NCBI RefSeq assembly: GCF_009914755.1 | Contig: NC_060925.1 | DNA from: the human T2T-CHM13v2.0 reference genome, Homo sapiens | Direction: 5' to 3' (one strand) | Length of the DNA: 64,000 nt | Shown here: positions 57,200 to 64,000 of the stretch, piece by piece | Layout: the number at the start of each line of letters is the position of its first letter | How positions within the stretch are numbered: the first letter of the stretch is position 1 | Made by a program: the position numbers and the translations under genes | Notes under the pieces: generated by a model | Seen by the model: the letters and a program-made list of their open reading frames with translations, nothing else | Database searches by the model: none | What the model was told of the DNA's origin: nothing

Positions 57200-57723
57200 A
57201 CATTTCACCTTTTCAAAGGGGCAAAAGAGTGATATTTAACATATCACATGGATAATAAGTGCTCATTAAATTGTATTCTTGATGGCTCACATCTTTTTTG
57301 GATTACATGAATTATATATAATTATTTACCCTGAGAAATAGCACAGGTTGAAAAATAGACATATGTTCAAGAAATACACAGATGAAAACCACACAATGGC
57401 TGATTAAGGGTGGGGGTACCTCAGAGGAGACACCCAGCGTGGTAGGCTAAACAACACATTTTACCTTTTCAAAGAGGCAAAAGAATGATATTTAACATAT
57501 CACATGGATAATAAGTGCTCATTAAATTATTGTATTCTTGTTGGCTCTGATCTTTTTCGGATTAAACAAATTATATTTAATTATTTACCCTGAGAAATAG
57601 CACAGGTTGAAAAATAGACATATGTTCAAGAAATACACAGATAAAAACCACACAATGGCTGATTAAGGGTGGGGGGAACCTCAGAAACGCTGAGGAGACA
57701 CCCAGTGTGGTAGGCTAAATAAT
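57200..57723. repeat. Tandem duplication, two units of ~256-268 bp (57200-57455; 57456-57723)
   Basis: Long identical blocks such as aattatttaccctgagaaatagcacaggttgaaaaatagacatatgttcaagaaatacacagat in both units. Confidence 0.96.
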
Positions 57724-58180
57724 GGCCCCATACCTAAATCCACATCCCTAACGTCCAGAATCTGCAAATGCTACTTCATATGTAGTCTTGCAGACGTGAT
57801 TAAGTGAAGGATCTTGAGATGGCCAGATTATCTGGGTGGGTCCTAAATCACATGTATCATTATGAGAGGGAGGCAGAGGGAATTTGACCACATACACAGG
57901 AGAAGATGACATGAAGATGGAGATAGAGATTTGAAGATACTGGCCTTGAAGATAGAGTGATGCAGTCACAAGCCAAGGCATGCTGGCAGCCACCAGAAGC
58001 TGGAAAAGGGAAGGAGCAATTCTCTGCTAGAGACTCCAGAGGGAGCCCGGCCCTGCTGCCACCTTAATTTTGGCCTAGTGATACTGATTTTGGACTTCTA
58101 GCCTCTAGAGTTGTGACAGAATAAACTTCTGTTGTCAGGGTTGGGATAATTTGTTACAGCAGCCACAGGAAACTAATATA
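57706..58180 (+). mobile_element. MLT1D-like solo LTR
   Basis: tgtggtaggctaaataatggcccc...ttgttacagcagccacaggaaactaatata. Confidence 0.85.
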
Positions 58181-58669
58181 GCCAGTCACTTTGGATTAAT
58201 GAATTAATAACCGGAAAGACAACTACTGGCTACTCTGTTAACCAACCATCTAGTATCCATTCTGGTTCACCGTGCCACTTCTGATTTAACATCCTTTATT
58301 TTCCTTTTGCATTCCATTGAATGCCAGGTGGCCCATAGCTTTTCTCTTAAAATGCTGATTTCTATGTCAGTGTTTTGATGGTGGATGGAACAGTGGGGTC
58401 TCCCTATTTTCTTCATAGATACCCCAGATAATTTCGATGCATGGATCCAGTTGGAAGGTATTAATCTAGGTAAGGGGTGCAGAAGTCTGATGACTTTGCT
58501 CCACAACAGAGAATACTACTTTGATGACAGGCACGTGGTATCTCCCAGATCTAGGGTCTCTTTTCCTTGAATAGCGGAAGAAATAAGCAAACCCTTGAGG
58601 TTTGATTTATTTCCTTATTTTCTTAAGCCCTGTCACTTCTCAAGGCCTTAATAAAATTTACTCTAATGA

Positions 58670-59370
<701 letters not shown>

Positions 59371-60263
59371 AACACGTTTTCTTAAGATTAAACCTGTTAC
59401 ATAAATGATCGTTCATAATTTTTGGAAGCACACCTGCCCTTAGTATCCTGTTTTTCCACTGGGTGCTTTCTGCAGATGGCCAACGTAGCCATCACATTCG
59501 GATTCTTCCTGACTTCATTCTCAGAGGATTACTTTATCTTGAAGTGCTGAAGGCTCCAGGCACCATCTATAACGACAACTCCCAACTTTCCAGCTCATCT
59601 CCAGCCTGTGCTTCTCCCCGACTCAACTCATTTTCAACCACGTGCTAGGCCTCCACCCTTGGATGTCGAAGAGCCATCTCCAGTTCCACCCAGTTCATCT
59701 TCATCAGAACATCTATGAGTCGTCGTCTCTGCAGTCCATTTGTTTGCCCGCTTGGGAACAGCAAGCTCCTTAAGGGCAGGACTACTACCGCGCTCTCAGA
59801 GGCGCTGCACTGGAACATCGCGGGCACAGGGCAGCGTTGGTCACTGCTCCTGGGTACTAGGGCAGCAAATAAACCCAGCAGCTGCGTCTGTCTGCCTGGA
59901 GTTGGATCTTTTTGGTATAGATCCAAACGTAGAAGTATAAGGTCTACGTTTATGTACTTGTCAGATATTTAATGACCTCCAACGATAGACATGCCCCCCC
60001 AACACCTCCTTCAGTCTTTTTGATTCTTTGAGAATCTTTGAACCACGCAGGATCCTAGCCCTAGGGTGCGGTCGGACTTGCCGCGACGCCAGCCGCCGGG
60101 GTTCCTTCCCGAGGCGCCGCCATGGGATCCGCGGTGACCTACGAGGGGCGGCTGGGTGGTGGCCATTGGGCGACGGCGCAGGGTCAAGGGCCGGGCTCTG
60201 GGATCGTGGGGAGACCGGGGGTCCCGGAGCCCCCCAGCCCCGCAGGCCACTGCCTCGCCGCCC

Positions 60264-60296
60264 GACGTCACTTCCGACTGGAGTCAAGATGGCGGC
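60264..60296 (+). promoter_or_regulatory. ETS-CRE composite (gacgtcacttccg, 60264-60276) and YY1 site (caagatggcggc, 60285-60296)
   Basis: The reverse complement CGGAAGTGACGTC is the overlapping ETS/CRE motif; CAAGATGGCGGC is the canonical YY1 motif found just downstream of TSSs. Confidence 0.8.
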
Positions 60297-60382
60297 GGCG
60301 CGGCCGCGGGCGCCGGGGCCGGCGAAACAGCGGCGGCGGCGGCGGCCCTCGGTGCTCTGAGGCGCTGGCGCGGCGGGCGCGG
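60275..60382 (+). other. Probable first (5'UTR) exon; donor CGG|GTAAGG with GT at 60383; intron 1 continues to the window end
   Basis: Strong donor directly after the YY1-containing GC-rich segment. TSS position is approximate; gene not identified. Confidence 0.7.
60289..60360 (+). CDS. Putative uORF, 23 aa MAAARPRAPGPAKQRRRRRPSVL
   Basis: AAGATGG Kozak context (A-3, G+4); TGA at 60358-60360 lies before the splice donor. Confidence 0.5.
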   Translation: MAAARPRAPGPAKQRRRRRPSVL

Positions 60383-60939
60383 GTAAGGAGTGGCGCGGGT
60401 GGGCGGCCTCTGGGCTCGCGCCGGGACGCTGGTCCCTCCCCCCGAGGAGCGCGGCGGCGACGGCGGCGGCGACACGCTGGGGACCCGGCGCCGCAGGGAT
60501 GGCCGGGTCGGCGGACGCGCCCCCTCAGAGGTCCCGGGCGTGCCGGGGGCCCCGGGACGAGGCGCGGGCCTCCGGGTCGGTGGCCCCGCGGGTGGGTGGC
60601 GGCGCCGGGCTCCTCCTTGTCGGCCGTGGGGTCCCTGCGGCGAAGTTCGGGATTCGGTTTGTCGCCGTGAAGAGCCGCGCGCCCCGCGGGGGACGCGTGC
60701 GGGCTGCAGAGACTGGCCGGGTGCGGGCGGCGGTGGGGCCACCTGGGGCCCCACGTGGGGCCGGGCGCCGTCCCAATTGTCAAGCCGCTGTGCTTTTCTC
60801 TTTTGTGTTCCCACTGAGTGTGTCTTGCACATTTGCACTCCAAATTTGTTTTGTGTCTTGCGTCTTTGTGTTTCCCAAATAGTTTTTGTGTGGTTTTAAC
60901 CTGGAGATTGTCTCCCTCAATGTTCCCATAGACCCACGG

Positions 60940-60979
60940 GTGTATGTGTGTGTGTGCGCACGCGCGCGTGTGTGTGTGT
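60940..60979. repeat. 40-bp alternating purine-pyrimidine tract (TG)n(CG)n(TG)n
   Basis: gtgtatgtgtgtgtgtgcgcacgcgcgcgtgtgtgtgtgt. Confidence 0.9.
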
Positions 60980-63277
60980 TACAGACGTGCAACTCTGTTA
61001 CTAATTTTGCTAATAAAGCTATCAATGAACCTCTTTTGATGGTGGTAAGTGAGACATGAAGTAAACCTAACAGGTCAGTGTCATTCCCCAAACCTTCGTG
61101 GTTCTTTCGATCCACGCGTGAGCCACCGACCCTCCGGGCTTGTAGCTTTGTGTCGGGCTGTGAGCTGCGGCAAAGACCCCATAGTTAACCGGGAAGTCCT
61201 GATTTCCTTAACTACGCAGCTGAAATTTCCCCTAACAGAAATTTCGTGCTGGCCCCTCACTTTTCTTTTAGTGTTGTATTGAGATTTTGGGTGTATTTGA
61301 GACGTGGAACGTCTTTTGCTGAATCCCAGTAGGTCCTTAGATCCCTTTAACCAGACACTAGAAGAATCATTTTTACCCCAGAACTCGACTAAAATGTTTA
61401 AGTTTTTGTTTACTCCAGGTTTATTAAAAGTGACCGAAACTTTTAACAACAAATGGAACTCTTCAATGATTTCTTTTACAATGGTACACACTTCGCCTCG
61501 GTTTGATCAGTTGTGTCCAAGTATTAGAAAAATGTAGGCCTTTTAAAAAAAAACATGATAGGAAATTTACATATATTAAGGAGGAGGAACTGAGACACAC
61601 TGTCATACGTTCTTTTTTAGTAGGGTTCTGTGTTTTTGAGATGGTCCAAACTGCCCCATCACTCTTGAGGCTTCCGGACTAACACTTATTGGCCAAATTT
61701 TTACATGTAGAATCTTAGTTTAGCCTTGAGATGACCTTTAAAGATCATTTTTATTAAACCCCCTCATTTCGAGCTATGGAAACAAATCAAAATTCACAGT
61801 GGAACTAAAACTCATTTACATTTTCTGTGATTCCAGGGCTCTTTTTACTCAACACATCTGTTTTGGTTTGATTGAAATAAGTTAATACATTTTAAGTGCT
61901 TAGAAAAGTGCCAGAACATGATAATACTGCTCAGTAAATGTTTGCTTTTGTTGATTCTGAAGGTGGTTTCTTTAATTGAAAGGTTGGTATGTTCAGGTTT
62001 GTTTTTTCCTTATTTTGTGGACAGGGCCTGAAACAGTACAGTTTAAATCTGTAAGAATGTATTAATTTTGTAAGTACAAGACATAACAAAAGATTCTCAC
62101 TGTAGAAAATTGGAAAGTAGAGAAAAGCACAAAGAAGAAACAGAAATTGGGCATAACCTTCCCCTCTTCAGATAACCATTGTTAACGTTTGGCAGATCTT
62201 CCTGTCTCTCTTGGTGTGGATATGCGTATTTCTTTCCTTATTTTACAGTTCATTCACATATATATATATTTATTTACATTTTATACAGGATTGATAATAT
62301 AGTGTGTATATTGTTTGCAACCTGTCTTGCCTTATGATACGGTGAGCATGTATCCATGCCACTAACTAGTCAATATTATGTTTAATGGCTATTTAATATG
62401 TGGATGGGCCGTAAGTTATCAATCAAGTCCATATTGATCTGTAAGGTTTCTCAAGCCTGAGTTTTCTTTTCATTAAGATTTGTTTGAAAGTTTTTTTAAA
62501 ATCGTGGGTTTTAAAGTTCTGTAATCTTTTGAGATTACAGTGAAAAATATAAATTCTGCTTTTTAGCATCTAAATAAGCATTTTTCTTGCGGGTGCAGTC
62601 ATAAGAAGTAACACTCAATTTCAGCTTCCTTTCTTCCGTTCTTGGCTGTGGCTGTGCAGTTATGTACATATATCTGCGCCTATTCTTTTGATGATTATTT
62701 TACGTTAGATGTTTATTTATTCATGAGACTGTTTCTTTAAGCAGCCTGTTTCTTTTCAAGTTCCAAACCTGATTTACAAACCCTTTTTAAGTCCTGTTAA
62801 ATCATAGACTTTCCAGGATGGAAAGCACCTTAGGTTATTTACTATTTTCATGTCTTCTGAGTAGCTTTTCATGTTATTTTTAATACTCATGCAGAAAAAA
62901 AACCAAAACAGCGGACTTCTACTAGAAAACTCCATAATGGGGAGTGGAAGAGGAGGAGGTTGATGGTTGGGGGAAAATCGTCAAACTTGCATGACGATGG
63001 GTAGCTAAGGGAGTTTCCAGATGATGAGGGACATCACCTGACTGTCCTTACCACAGATAACTGCCGCCCTGTGTCTAGGGCTTCACGCTTTGTGCGCTGA
63101 GCACCAGCTATGCTGTCACCTATGGTTACAACATTTGGTTAGAGGCCTGGGGTGGTGGTCCATCTCTCTCTTTTTGAAGCTACAAGTTTCTAGTTAGAGC
63201 TATAAAAACCACCTTTATGGAGTGTCTGAAAGCTGTGGACTCCATTACTGAAAACAATACTTAGCTTCCATTAAAGC

Positions 63278-63468
63278 AGAGTTTCTCAACCTCTGCACTT
63301 ACTGACATTTGGGTGAGAGAATTCTCTGTTGTGGAGGACGATCCTGTACACTGTAGGATGTTCAGCAGCATCCCTGTCCTCTATCAGGGAGATGCCAGTA
63401 GCACCTCCTTCCAGTGTGACAGCCAGTAAAATCTCCAGACATTTCCAAATAGCACTTGAACCGCTGCA
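63278..63468. mobile_element. MER20
   Basis: tttctcaacctctgcacttactgacattttggg...ctgtaggatgttcagcagcatccctg...tctccagacatt. Confidence 0.85.
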
Positions 63469-64000
63469 GTGAAGGAAGGCTCATCTAACTGTATGGTTGA
63501 ATTATTGAAACAGATTATTGAATCTCTTTAAGAACTGTAAGGATAGACTAGATGGTTTACACCTTGAAGCCAAGAAGTGGACTTCAGGTCTGTCCACGTT
63601 CCTTTCCACCTTTGGTTTTGTGACTTTATTGAATGGTCAGTTTCAGCACTTTTGCTTCGGCATCAGTTTTGTGGCATGAGGTAAAACAATGTGAGGTATC
63701 CTGGAGATCATAAAGGAGTTTTCATGACGTGGAATCAGCATTCTTAGTATGCAGATTAAATTATGAAATTTGAATAAATTTGCATAGAGTTGATGCGTGG
63801 TAAATAATTTAAGCATATAGACCATTATGCTGAACAGCGCAGAAACAACTGTCTTCTAGAAAAGCAACTTGGTCCAGCAACCCCTTGAAGATTGATGGTA
63901 GAGGCTATGCTGTAGTTTTTCCGAAACCTGTTTTTTTGAAAACAACCAATTTGAGGTTATGCACAGAAATGGTGAGTTTGCCCTGAGGCAATAAGGCTTA

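Larger units (their letters stand above)
60045..60790 (+). promoter_or_regulatory. CpG-island promoter of a + strand gene
   Basis: Very GC- and CpG-rich, non-repetitive; contains ETS-CRE and YY1 motifs and a 5' splice site. Confidence 0.93.

Noticed and set aside
59961-60899. Long ORFs (110-191 aa) across the CpG island
   Set aside because: Expected in very GC-rich DNA; low-complexity products with no recognisable domain, and they cross the splice donor.
60275-64000. Assigning a gene symbol to the promoter and first exon
   Set aside because: No coding exon in the window and I do not recognise the 5'UTR with confidence; BLAT of 60275-60382 would settle it.

Overview
Human genomic DNA (a human-specific AluYb8 and a young SVA are present). 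Positions 1 to about 59,900 are intergenic and very repeat-dense: more than 45 Alu/FLAM copies, L1 and L2 fragments, MaLR/ERV solo LTRs (MLT1, MST, THE1, MLT2, MER57A, LTR14A), DNA transposons (near full-length Hsmar1, MADE1, Charlie1, MER1A, MER20, MER47, MER58) and one full-length SVA. At about 60.0-60.8 kb there is a CpG-island promoter with an ETS-CRE composite site, a YY1 site and a short + strand first exon ending at a GT donor (60383); the rest of the window is its intron 1. I could not identify the gene with confidence. No conventional protein-coding exon is supported; nearly all listed ORFs are repeat-derived or chance ORFs. Most notable observations: (i) the SVA carries two stacked 3' transductions and three A-tails, and landed in a 30-bp duplication next to an LTR14A; (ii) a ~270-bp local duplicate has a poly-T tract at one end and a fold-back hairpin at the other; (iii) a strong-Kozak, Arg-rich 23-aa uORF starts in the YY1 site of exon 1; (iv) a four-level nest MLT1J>MSTB>Hsmar1>AluY; (v) apparent gene conversion between two promoter-proximal AluYs; (vi) a possible 3'UTR-only retrocopy hosting the SVA and LTR. 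Repeat family names come from recalled consensus sequences and need RepeatMasker/Dfam confirmation. I see no evidence for a wholly new multi-gene system.
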